A DNA stretch of 64,000 nucleotides from positions 134,602,001 to 134,666,000 of the forward strand of contig OZ360226.1 in the NCBI GenBank assembly GCA_977017645.1. Direction: 5' to 3'. Source of the stretch: Torpedo marmorata (lineage: Eukaryota). The notes beneath the pieces were generated by a model that was not told the origin of the DNA, searched no databases, and was given only the letters and a program-made list of their open reading frames with translations. The translations under genes and the position numbers were made by a program. Numbering within the stretch: the first letter of the stretch is position 1; every line of letters begins with the position of its first letter. Shown piece by piece: positions 50,788-62,336 of the stretch.

Positions 50788-53111
50788 CAGGGGCGTAGCC
50801 AGGTTCTAACGTTAGGGGGAGCGAGCACATAAAAAAGGTGCCACGACACATACCAGATGGTGAGTCAGTGGTTGAGTGGTGGGCTGCACTGAGTTTTCGG
50901 TGGGGGGGGGGGGGGGTGGCGGCGGCGCCACGTCCACAACGCATACCAGATTATTTTTAATTCATTATACATTTTTATTTTGTATTTAACATCAAAACAC
51001 AACTAATTTAAGTAAGATACAGTTTTAAAGGATTATATTATTTTTATCGCACTTACACCTTTTATCACTAACTTATTATAATTTTGAAAGCCAAGGAGAA
51101 ATAAATACCTTCGGAGCTATTCCTCCCCAGATGCCAGTGGCCAGTGCCCCTGAGCACATTCTTCAAAAGTAGCGCCTTTTTCAGCTGTGTGCTCATTGCT
51201 CAGTCTCCTGTGATATCATTTTTGCTTATTTTATAAATGTTAAAATTATTTTAACACAATATTCCTGATCGAAAAAGGATGCAGTTATACAATCTAATTT
51301 TATAATATGAAGGATGACATACATTGAGATGGTAAACGTGAATGAATTGCATCCATTTGTGTAGCTTTCATAGATTGAAAAGCTGATTGTAAACTAGCAT
51401 CTTCATCAACTGGAAAAATCTGGTAAATTTCTTTGATTTAAAAAAAATGTAGATTGTAGTTGAATGTTTTGGATTTGAATGGAGAATAGTCAAGGGAGCA
51501 AGAGGTAGTTCTCAGTGATCCTGAACAATTGTGGAGCCTGGAGGGGATAAGAGCATGTAAATTGATGCTGTAATTGAATTGCAGAACTGGAAAAGATTAA
51601 TGGGATGTTCTGAAAGTGTCCTTTACAAACTGTAGTTTATGCACTGACTTTGGGAATTCCTGATCTATGACTGCTCAGTACAGAGAAGGAGCATTGGGAA
51701 TAATATTGAGAATGTCGTCTGATCATCTTGAGCACACAGAAGTCCAAGAAAGATGGCAGAAGGAGTACATCACCTTCTAAATTCCCCACCTACCCATGAA
51801 GCAGTTCCTGCTTGATATGACAACCAGCATGTCCTTATTGGCTTCAGAACTGGAGAGGAAGCACGGCATTTTCAACCATGAGGGCTCCTAAGTGGGAGAG
51901 TATTAATTGGGGTTGTAGTTGACATTTTCCTCTGTGTAGTTCTGCCATCAGATTCCTGTTTTATAAAATCAGCTACAGCATAATCAAGACCGACAAGTCG
52001 TATTAAAATCATTTAAAAATACATAATTTAAAATTCTTGTTGTATTTTAGCATAAAACAGAGAGCCATTCTGCCCTTTGAGCCTGCTTCACCATTTCATA
52101 TGATCGTGGCTGATCATATGATTTCAATACCCCATACCCGCTTTCTCTCTATACCCTTAATTCCTGCAGCTGTAGGAGCCACATCCAACAAACACCCTTT
52201 TGAATATATCTAATGAACTTTTTGTGGTAGGGAGTTCCACAAGTTTATAACTCTCTGAGTGAAAAAGGTTTCTCCTTATCTGAGCCCTAAATGTTACCCT
52301 TATCTGATGAGCCTTGTTCTGGACTTGCCTGGTATTGGGAATCTGTAACTAATCTGTCCAATGCTGTCAGAATTTTGTATGCCTGGATGAGATCGATAAA
52401 GTGTGGACCCATGAATCAATGCAATTCAAAGCCACTGAACTGGGGAGCCTGGTTGTATCTTAGAAACTCATCAAGGGTAATAATATGTTCAACAAACCGA
52501 GAAGCTGGAGGGGCCAAGCAGGTCAGGCAGTATCCATGGAGAGAAATGGACAGACAATGTTTTCGGTTGAGATACTTTATGGAGACTGAAAAAAAATTCA
52601 GCCATTGTTTTGATAAACCATGTTGGTCTTGCATAGTACGTTGGAAGATAAATTATATCAAGCTCTGTTTTGGAATGCACACATTCTCTTTGAAAAAAAC
52701 TCCAGCTGCAGTAGCAAATCTTTCTGTTTCAGAAATGCACTTTTCCTCAAATTCTGGTATACATGTAATTTACATGGCCAAAAAAACTTTGAAAATGCAC
52801 AGAGACTTTCGCGCTTCAGTATGACGTGCAGATTCTTTGCAGGAACTTAAAAATCATGCTTTATTAAAATTCAGCTAAAACTCCAAACTTGCAGATTATG
52901 TAGCATTCAGACATGAATCAACTTAAAAGGTGTTATATCAAGTCCGAGTGTGATAGGGATAGTACAATTGGGCCCTCTTGCCCTCCTCGCTGCTGTGCTG
53001 GGAACCTATGTAGCCAGAGAGTGGTACTTGCATTTGCATCGTGACTGTTTGTACCTCAACGCCAGATATCCACCTCAACATGATAACCCTTGATATCCAC
53101 CAGAAACTTCC

Positions 53112-53556
53112 AGTCAAGTCAAGTTTATTGTCATCTGATTGTACAAGTACTGTACAACCCGACGAAACAGAGTTCTCCGGTCCTCGGTACAAAACACACA
53201 GACATACAACCAGACATAACACACATACAGACAAACAATACATATGCAGGACAAGTATTCATCTATATATATATAAATAAATATTATTTCATGAATATGA
53301 GAGTCTCTGATGGTTAGTGTGAGCTGTTCCTTTGGTCATTCAGCATTCTCATTGCCTGTGGGAAGAAGCTGTTCTTCAGCCTGGTGGTGCTAGCTCTGAT
53401 ATTCCTGCATCTCTTTCCCGATGGGAGCAACTGAAAGATGCTGTGTGCAGGGTGGAAAGGGTCCTCAATGGTTTTGTGTGCCTTCTTCAGACGACGATCC
53501 CGGTAGATCACGTCGATGGAGGAGAGGGAGACTCCAGTGATCCTCTCTTCCACTCT
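53112..53556 (-). mobile_element. Rex1/Babar 3' fragment, interrupted by the Penelope insertion
   Basis: Near match to 37148-37570. The sequence resumes briefly at 56391-56411. Confidence 0.85.
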
Positions 53557-53660
53557 AGTAAAACATGAAAATCTGCAGACACCATGGTTGAAGTAAAAAC
53601 ACAATGCTGGAGAAACTCAGCAGGTCAAGCAGTGTCCTTTATATAGCAAAGATAAAAATA

Positions 53661-53701
53661 CATAACCGACGTTTCGGGCTAGAGCCCTTCATCAAGGTAT
53701 G
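53661..53701 (-). ncRNA. Minimal type I hammerhead ribozyme-like motif (U at position 3)
   Basis: Minus strand CAUACC-UUGAUGA-A-GGGC-UCUA-GCCC-GAAAC-GUC-GGUUAUG: helix I, 4-bp helix II, palindromic ACGU in place of helix III, as described for Penelope terminal repeats. Confidence 0.65.
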
Positions 53702-54398
53702 GAAAAATGTCGGCAGGCGTCTGAACAAAATAATGGGGGAGGTGTGGTCGCAAAGGCTGGAGGTGATAGGTGGAGAAGGGAGGGAGTGGGACAGCAGCGA
53801 TCAAGGGGAGGAGGGATGGCTAGGTGAATAGAGGGGGAAGGGAGCGAGGAGAACTGGGAAGGGGAGGGGGAAGAGGAGAGCAGGTTAGCAGAAACCTGAA
53901 AAGTCGATGTTAATGCCATCTAGCTGGAGAGTGCCCAGATGGAAAATCAGGTGTTGTTCCTCCAATTTGCGGGTGGTCTTGGTGGGATAATACATAAGGC
54001 CATGGACAGACATGTGAGTATGGGTGTGTGACACAGAACTGAAATGGTTGGCTACTGGGAGGTCTCTGTCACTGGTGCGGACGGGGAGCGAAGGTGCTCA
54101 GCGAAGCGATCTCTCAATCTGCGCCCAGTCTCTCCGATGTAGAGAAAGCCACAAAGGGAGCACCGGATGTAGTAAATCAGTCCTGCGGATACACAAGTGA
54201 AGTGTTGCTTCACTTGAAAGGCCTGTTTAGGGCCCCGGACTGTGGTGAGGGAGGAGGTGTGGGCGCAGGTGCCACACCTGTGTATCTTGGGTAGAAGGTA
54301 GAAACGAGCAGTGCGGGGATGGGAGACAATGAGGTTGGCGGCCGTGGGAGGGAGGTGACCAGAGGTGATGAGGTTGGAAATGGTGTTGGAGTGTATCT

Positions 54399-56080
54399 AC
54401 CCCTCCCACAGGACCCCACCACGGCACATCAAGCCACTGTCTCCAACCTCATCGCCTCTGATCACCTTCCTCCCACGGCCACCAACCTCATTGTCTCCCA
54501 TCCCTGCAATGCCCGTTTCTACTTTCTACCCAAGATACACAAGCCCAACCATCCGGGTAGACCCATTGTTTCTGCCTGCTCTTGTCCCACCGAACTAGTT
54601 TCATCTTACCTTGACTATCTTTTCTCCCCTGGTCCAATCCCTCCCCACCTACATCCGCGATACCTCACATGCCCTCCATCTTTTCAATGAATTCAGATTC
54701 CCCAAACTGGACCGCCTCATCTTCACGAAGGATGTCCAATCCCTTTATACCTCCATCCACCATATAGAAGGTCTTAAAGCACTTCGCTTCTTTCTGGACC
54801 AAAGACCCGACCAGTCACCCTCTACCACCACCCTCCACCGCCTGGCAGAACTTGTCCTCACTTTAAGCAACTTCTCCTTTAACTCGTCTCACTTCCTCCA
54901 AATCAAAGGAGTAGCCATGGGTACCCGCATGGGTCCCAGCTTACGTCTGCCTGTTTGTGGGCTTTGTAGAGCAATCCATGCTGCAAGCCTACACAGGTAA
55001 GACCCCTCAACTCTTCCTCCGGTATATCGATGACTACATCGGGGCTGCCTCATGCACCCGCGATGAGCTTGTCAACTTCATCCACTTCGCGGCCAACTTC
55101 CACCCTGATCTCAAACTCACCTGGTCCATCTCTGACAACACTCTCCCCTTCCTGGATCTCTCTGTCTCCATCTCGGGAAACAAGCTTTCCACCGACATAT
55201 ACTACAAACCCACTAACTCCCACAACTACCTGACTACACTTCCTCACACCCTGTCCCCTGCAAGGATTCTATCCCCTTCTCTCAATTTCTACATCTCCGC
55301 CGCATCTGTTCCCAAGATGAGGTGTTCCAGTCCAGATCTTCTGAAATGTCTGCCTTCTTCCACAAACGTGGCTTCCCCTCCACCACCATCAACTCAGCCC
55401 TCACCTGCATCTCCTCCATTTCCCGCTCATCTGCCCTGGCTCCCTCTGCCCCCAGATGCAACAAACATAGAATCCCACTTATCCTCACCTACCACCCCAC
55501 CGGCCTCCGCATCCAACACATTATCCTCCAGATTTTCCGGCACTTACAACAGGATCTCACTACCAGACACATCTTCCCCTCTCCTCCCCTCTCTGCCTTC
55601 CATAGGGACTGTTCCCTATGTGACTCCCTCGTGCACTCATCCCTCCCCACCAATCGCCCCCCCGGCACCTTCCCCTGTGGCCGCAGGAGGTGCCACACCT
55701 GCGCCCACACCTCCTCCCTCACCACGGTCCGGGGCCCCAAACAGGCCTTTCAAGTGAAGCAACACTTCACTTGTGTATCCGTAGGACTGATTTACTGCAT
55801 CCGGTACTCCCTTTGTGGCCTTCTCTACATCGGAGAGACTGGGCGCAGATTGGGAGATCGCTTCGCTGAGCACCTTCGCTCCGTCGGCACCAGTGACAGA
55901 GACCTCCCAGTAGCCAACCATTTCAGTCCTGTGTCACACTCCCATACTCACATGTCTGTCCATGGCCTTATGTATTATCCCATCAAGACCACCCGTAAAT
56001 TGGAGGAACAACACCTGATTTTCTGTCTGGGCACTCTCCAGCCAGATGGCATTAACATCAACTTTTCAGGTTTCTGCTAA
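54399..56080 (+). pseudogene. Penelope reverse transcriptase plus GIY-YIG endonuclease, frameshifted
   Basis: FYFLPKIHK..GRPIVS, DVQSLYTSI, GVAMGTRMGP, LRYIDD, LPFLD, Cys linker PCGRRRCHTC, LIYCI..LYIGETGRRL.DRFAEH. Confidence 0.92.
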
Positions 56081-57745
56081 CCTGCTCTCCTCTTCTCCCT
56101 CCCCCCTTCCCTTCCCCTTTCCAGTTCTCCTCTCTCCCTTCCCCCTCTATTCACCTAGCCATCCCTCCTTCCCTTGAAAACTGCTGCTGTCCCCTCCCTC
56201 CCTTCTCCACCTATCACCTCCAGCCTTTGCGACCACACCTCCCCACCTACTCTTTTGTTTGGATGCCTGCCGACATTTTTCCATTCCTTGATGAAGGGCT
56301 CTAGCCCAAAACGTCGATTATGTATTTCTTACCTTTTCTATATAAAGGACACTGCTTGACCTGCTGAGTTTCTCCAGCTTTGTGTTTTTACTCTCTGCCA
56401 CTCTTATGGTCTATATATCTATCAGAGTTAATTTTTTTTATTTCCCTTGACCCAACAGATGTGGTCTAATCAGTTGATCAAATGCATGAGATAACATTAG
56501 TTTTTGGACCTTTCCTAATTCTTAGACCTCTCAAATCCTTTTACTTCACATTTCTCAGTTTACAGTACTGTACTCTGATCCATCTTTCCCAGGTAGAAGT
56601 GGATGATCTCTGATGAAACTTCCATTGGTATTGATAATCAACTATCTTCCTTCCATCCAGGCTACTTACAACTGCACGTAACGTGGTGTCATCTGGAATG
56701 TGCATCTGCATTATCTGTTTCTTCATTTCAGTATGGGGAAACAGCACATTCTGTTGATTAGACGACTGATTACTGCTCCTCTCTGATCCCTCCATACACT
56801 TGCTCAAATTGCAGAATATGCTATTTGATCTTTCTCTTTTCCCAAAATGCCATGCCGTAATCTCCAATCAAGAGAACATATAAAGTATTCCTAAACCTCA
56901 CAAAGTCATGGTAAAAATTACCCATATCGACTCTTTTCAGTTTTGTCCTCTCATTTCCACTGTATTATAATTTATCAGTCGAACTGTTATGATGCCGATC
57001 ATTGATATGGAATTGTCTCAATCCTATCAAGTCTTACCATTTTCTCTTTGAAAACTAGCTTTGCTTGAGGCAATACTTGACAACATTTTGAATGTTATTA
57101 GAACTGCAATGACAAAGCTTGACTACTGCAGATATTGAAGTATTTACTGTCAAAGGTACAGAGCTATCATGTCGCTAGACTTAATCGAAATGAAAATCGA
57201 ATCTAATCCATAGTTATACTGACAGATGGCCTTGCTGTGAATACTGCAACAAAGTTCTGAGGATTCCAGGATATTGGAAAGGGAAATCCTTAATATTACA
57301 TTAGTGTCCACTTAAGTATCCTTTATCAGCTTGCATAATTTATTACACTGGTTGAGTGGAAATGTACTTGGTCAGGCATGTGCTTACGTTGCAGCTATTT
57401 ATCTGACAGGGGTACTGGCAATACACTGGTGCAGCTTGCATTTCCATCAATGCCTGTCTTCTCATTGGTCTAACAAAATAATTCCTTTTGTACTAATAGC
57501 CGTTTTGTCGCTCAGAAGGTTATTTATTTTGTAAACCTGAACGGCTGCTGATAGCTGTGTGTGGGTGCCCAGAAGCAATGAACAATACATGCCTGTCAGT
57601 GTGAGCATTGTGACAATTTTAGCAGCTTAATTTACTGTGAGTACAGTCCTGATGCTTTATCAAACTTTTGTCATGTAGTATCAGTAAAATACACATTCTG
57701 TTCACTTCAAATCACTGAGCAGGTTCTTTTTCGTCTGAACACCAG

Positions 57746-57878
57746 GCTGTTCATCCTCGGGTTACGAGAAAGCTGATGATGAGATGTCTGGAACTGCAAG
57801 TACAGAGTTGGATCAAGCAGTCAGAATTATTAATATTAATCTACCTCAGATAACTAAATTTTGTGACAATCATATCAG
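57746..57878 (+). CDS. ATP8A2: Coding exon of a P4-ATPase phospholipid flippase (N-terminal region; ATP8A2 exon 2 equivalent)
   Basis: Acceptor TTCTTTTTCGTCTGAACACCAG|, donor AG|GTAAGA, 133 bp, phase 1 to phase 2. Reads xCSSSGYEKADDEMSGTASTELDQAVRIININLPQITKFCDNHI(S), aligning from memory with ATP8A2 GYKKAEDEMS..ARTIYLNQP..KFRDNQIS. The DEMS motif favours ATP8A2 over ATP8A1. Confidence 0.82.
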
Positions 57879-59597
57879 GTAAGAACATTTTGGAAATTTT
57901 AAATACATTTTGTTTGTGGGTGGAGTGATTAGAGATGCATATTATCAAGGAACATTTAATTTTTCTCCACAGATGTTTGCTTTGAATTATTTATTGATGC
58001 TTATATGTCCCACTTGTTGCAAAATACATTGTTAATAGGAATAAATTGTTTAATTTTGTTGTTCTTCAAAAGAACTAAGTTTCTGTAATCCATCAAGTTC
58101 AGAAGTTTGAGTAAAAATATTCTTTGGCAACCAGTAGCTGCTCAAAGATTTTGCGCTGCATTAGTAGGTACAGGCTTTCTATATTAGTAAATTTACTTGT
58201 TAAAAGTGCTCTTTAATTAAAACTCCAGGTATATTTCCAATTGTCATTATTTCAGGTCAGTTATCCTTTACTTTGGATTCAGTCAATCTTGCTATAAATT
58301 GCAATATTTGCACAGAAAGGGGTTGTGTTCGTCTTTTACCTGTAGGTTTTGAACTGGATCTGGGATTTTTGCACAGAGCAAAATGCACAACTCGCCATCC
58401 TCGTTTGGGAATTTTCTTTTGACTTACTGGGATGCTGTTTTAATTGTTGTAAGTTAATTGCAAAAGTTATTTACTGCAGTTGTTTCCGATGTGTTGCTCA
58501 TGGTGTATAATAACATTCTGCCCCAAATTGAGTTTTAGGGAGACATTTTGGAATTTTATTTGCTCTCCAGTAGGATATCAAACTTGTTCAGGGTATCTGA
58601 AATTAAAATAGTTGAAACGACTGGTTTAAATGTCCTTTGAATAATTTGCATTTTGCTTGCTCAGCTTCAGATAATGGCAAGAGAAATAATAACTACAATT
58701 TTTTGGGTGGAAACGGGATTTGAAACTGGAGAAAATATTTCACAGCCAGAAATTGTTATTTTTAACAAGAGGACTGCAATTAATATTTTCAGGAAATGAA
58801 TGATGGCATCATTGTACATGATCTTACTTCATGGAGAAGCCAGCCTACTTAGTTTCTTTTGGATGCTCAAGTAATAATCCAACTCTGTAAACTGTATTTT
58901 TAAATATCTCCAGAAATCAAAAATGCAGATAAATTAATCTGGTGACTGTGATTGGAAAAGATCTTAAAGTAGAGTATACCATCAATCAAATAACAATCTT
59001 GAAATAGTATCGTGCCCACCTGTTCAATTAATGTTTTTGTATGTTTCTAATATTTTATGGAAAAAAATGCCAATTTTTTTAACATGATCAATTTACAACA
59101 CAAGAAGTGTGCTGTGCAGTAAAATTCTCTGATCTGTGTATTGAAAGAACATTTGAATATGGAGGTTCATAGAAAAAATACAATCAATGAAAATCTGAAT
59201 TATCTGGAATGACAGTAAATCCTGCTACATTCTATAAACAAATAAAACAAAGAGCCCATGGAATTGTTGGTGTTAACACAGTAGCTTCAGAAATGAATAT
59301 GAAAATCCTGGACCAACCTCACTTAAGGAGAATTTAAAATGTTTGTAAAACTACGTGAAAGAATCCTGTTAAAACTGCTTGTTGTTAGTCTGGAAGGATA
59401 GCAATGGTTTAGGAAGTGAGATATACAAAGATAATCATTTGTGATTAAGTTGAATTTAGCAGATGCTGCTCATTGTATTGAGTGTGCTTTATTTCTGCAC
59501 TAGTTACTTAAAATTTTGCATTAAGTAGATTATCTTGAGCAGCATGGAACAAATGAACTGAATTTGTTAAATCCCTGTCAACATTTACAAGTTTTAC

Positions 59598-59840
59598 ATT
59601 TCAAGAGTCAGTTAACAGAAGGAAAGAAGCTATTCTTGAATCTGTAGGTTTGTGTTTTCAAACTCGTGTATCTTGTGTCCGAAGGGCGGGGGTTGACTGG
59701 GTGGGATGTGCCCCTTAATATGTTGGCTGCTTTGCAAGGCAGTAGGAAGCAAAGATTGAGTCAATGGAGGGAAGGCTGGTTTGTGTGATGGCTTGAACTA
59801 CGTTCACAACTCTGCAGCTTCTTGTAGTCTTGGCAGAGAA
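59598..59840 (-). mobile_element. Old Rex1-like fragment
   Basis: GAAAGAAGCTATTCTTGAATCTG and TCAATGGAGGG..GTGATG motifs, as in younger Rex1 copies. Confidence 0.5.
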
Positions 59841-61059
59841 ATTCTGAGAGGGAAAAAAATGTCATGTTATCTCTGTCCTAAATAGATGATCCCTGTATTT
59901 TTATACGGTGACCACAATTTGTAAATTTTCCCAGAAGAGGACACGTCCAATAGCTTAAGATTCCTCAGAATCTTGTATGTTTCAATCAAGTTGTCTTTCA
60001 CTCTTTGAAATGCCAGGAGATAAAAGTCTCCTTGTGCAATCTTTCCCTTATAAGACAACCACTCACTTGCTGGATGTTTCAGTAAGCACTGATTCCTCTG
60101 CAGTTCATAATATGAGAAATATTAGTTTGTTGGCTTGCTATTGACTGAGGAATTCAGCTGGTACAAAGTTGTTGAAATCAATGAATAGGATATCCCTCAG
60201 ATTCTTGTCCATTTCCACTAAATGGATCAATTCATTATTTCTATTATCTTGAGAAGTTCCTGGAATGGTTTCAAATGCAAGGGGGAATGACAATTGTTTA
60301 TTTAGGGTAGTATTGTCAAGATTTGTGTTTCTTATAAAAATTGTGGAGCAGCAACTATGTGTGATCATTGAAAATTATGCTGAAGGAGTTCTGTTATGCT
60401 TGAGCAGATTTTCTTTTGGAAGCCTAGAGTTGGCAATGTTCTGGTATAAATAAGACTAAACAGTGAAAATATAATTTTTAAATCTTTTCATCTTAAGCAT
60501 ATAAGGATTGGCCAAAGACATTTTCAAACATGCAGTATCTAAACAAGGAGAACTGTCCTTTTCTGTGAGACTAATTTCACAAGCTGATGTCAGAATGACT
60601 GAAATGTTCCATTAGATCAGTGATGCACCATTTAATTGTAGTTCTTTTGTTACTTAGTTGTGCAAAAGGTTACGCTCAAATTCAATTGAGAGGCAAGCAT
60701 GTAATTACAGCTACTCATATCACTGCTATTCAGAAATATCTTGGAAATTCATCTACTGCAATATAACTTTGTGCATTTATATAACACCTTTCACAAGATG
60801 AAACATCCCAGTCACTTTGCAAAAAACATTATCAAACAACATTGCATGCTAGATGGGAGAAAATGAGAAGAATTCTCTGACGTGCGGTCTCTTGTGCCCT
60901 CATCTCAGAGTTGCAATTTGTGTCAGCAAAGTTTATGTAAAGCTGGCTGGACCAGTGGTGACCTCTATGCTGTAATGGAAATGTTATCAGGTGGAGATGG
61001 CTGCAGAAGTGGTTCTTGTGTACAATGATGATTCTAATATTGAAGACAAACCACATAAA

Positions 61060-61312
61060 ATTTTATTTTTAATTTAAAGATATAGCACGGTAACAAGCCC
61101 TTCCTGCCCATGAGCCCACTCTGCCCAATTACACCCACGTGACCAATTAACCTTCTAACCCCATACGTCTTTAGAATATGGGAGAAACAGGAGCACCCGG
61201 AGGAAATGCACGTGGGAGAACGTACAAACTCCTTACAGACAATACCGGATTTGAACCCGGGTCACTGGCCCTGAAATGGTGTTGTGCTAACCGCTACACT
61301 AACCATGCTGTT
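61060..61312 (-). mobile_element. V-SINE
   Basis: Reverse-strand V-domain (GAAACAGGAGCACCCGGAGGAAA) and tRNA-like head (TTTGAACCCGGGTC..CTAACCGCTACACT). Confidence 0.8.
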
Positions 61313-61842
61313 CTAAGATATAGGAGTCTTGTAAAATGAGCCATTGAGAGATCACTAAGTGAAACTCCAATTTTCTCCAGTGACAGTAGATTCCCAGAAA
61401 AGACACAATTTTAAACATTCATGCTAGAGAAGGCTTCAGATGGTGGAGGTGGTGATGTGTTGATTGCTGAGGTCATTGGAGGTGATCAGATTTATATCCT
61501 CAATGTTGAAAAAGAATGGAGTCATGATTTGGGAAATGTACTGTAAATTGCTATTGCTGGTCTCTTTATTTGCCATTGTTGTACAAAGTGCAAAGCAACA
61601 GTGATATCAAAAAACGGCAGAAAAACACTTTAAAAACAACTTAACCACAGTAAAAAACATTAAAGAAAAAGTTGGTCACCATTTCTTGATAAGAACTAGG
61701 AATTCTAATTTTTCTATGTCAACCATTTTTCAGTGATTAATGCTAAATGGAGCATCTGTCTGTTGTTAACTAGAACTGCTTAAACAAATGAAGATGCACA
61801 TAACAGTGCACAGACTATTTGCCTCATCTAAATGATACTGAA

Positions 61843-62190
61843 GATTTAAGAATCCTTTATTGTCATGTAATAGAACAGAATATGTAATATTACACGAAAT
61901 TGCCTTCTGCCTGCCATAAGTCAGACAAAGAGTCGCCATTAGTATTGTCCGGCACCCCTTAAAGTAAGAGAGAAAGAGAAGCGAAAGAGAGTGCCTTCAG
62001 AGTCACTGAGTGTCTGTGCATTCGCCTCCAGCACTCCCGCAGCCTCTGCAGCCGCAAAGACTCGTGTTCGATTCATCGACAACCCGAGCTCAGATCCAAA
62101 CCTCCAATGTGACCAGGAAGCCTTCGGCGCCTGAGGCCCTTCGGGAGCCCTTCATCCCCTCAGCACCCTCTCAAATCCTGGTTCTGGTTT
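61843..62190 (-). mobile_element. Second copy of the non-coding retroposon at 16932-17440
   Basis: Shared CCTTTATTGTCATGTAATAG..GTAAGAGAGAAAGAGAAGC..CTTCAGAGTCACTGAGTGTC. Confidence 0.7.
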
Positions 62191-62336
62191 AAATGTAGAG
62201 ATTTAAAGACTACCAGAGCAGGAAGCTTTTTTCCAGGAGTCAACCAGCTCGTTTTTTCCCCACTATGCAGTGTGCTTCCAATCCAGTTGCAGCCCTGGAC
62301 TGATTGTGGAGGAAAAACTGGGAGAATGCATTCCAT

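Larger units (their letters stand above)
53557..56390 (+). mobile_element. Penelope-like element (Neptune type) with an inverted upstream arm
   Basis: 14-bp TSD CTCTCT(T/G)CCACTCT at 53543-53556 and 56391-56404. 53557-54280 is an inverted copy of ~55690-56390. Forward RT-EN region at 54399-56080. Confidence 0.92.

Noticed and set aside
50788-51152. hAT-type MITE starting CAGGGGCGTAGCC
   Set aside because: The right terminus is a poor match and I found no 8-bp TSD; at most a fragment.
52291-52824. 177-aa ORF as a gene
   Set aside because: Begins in a CR1 remnant, with no recognisable domain or splice support.
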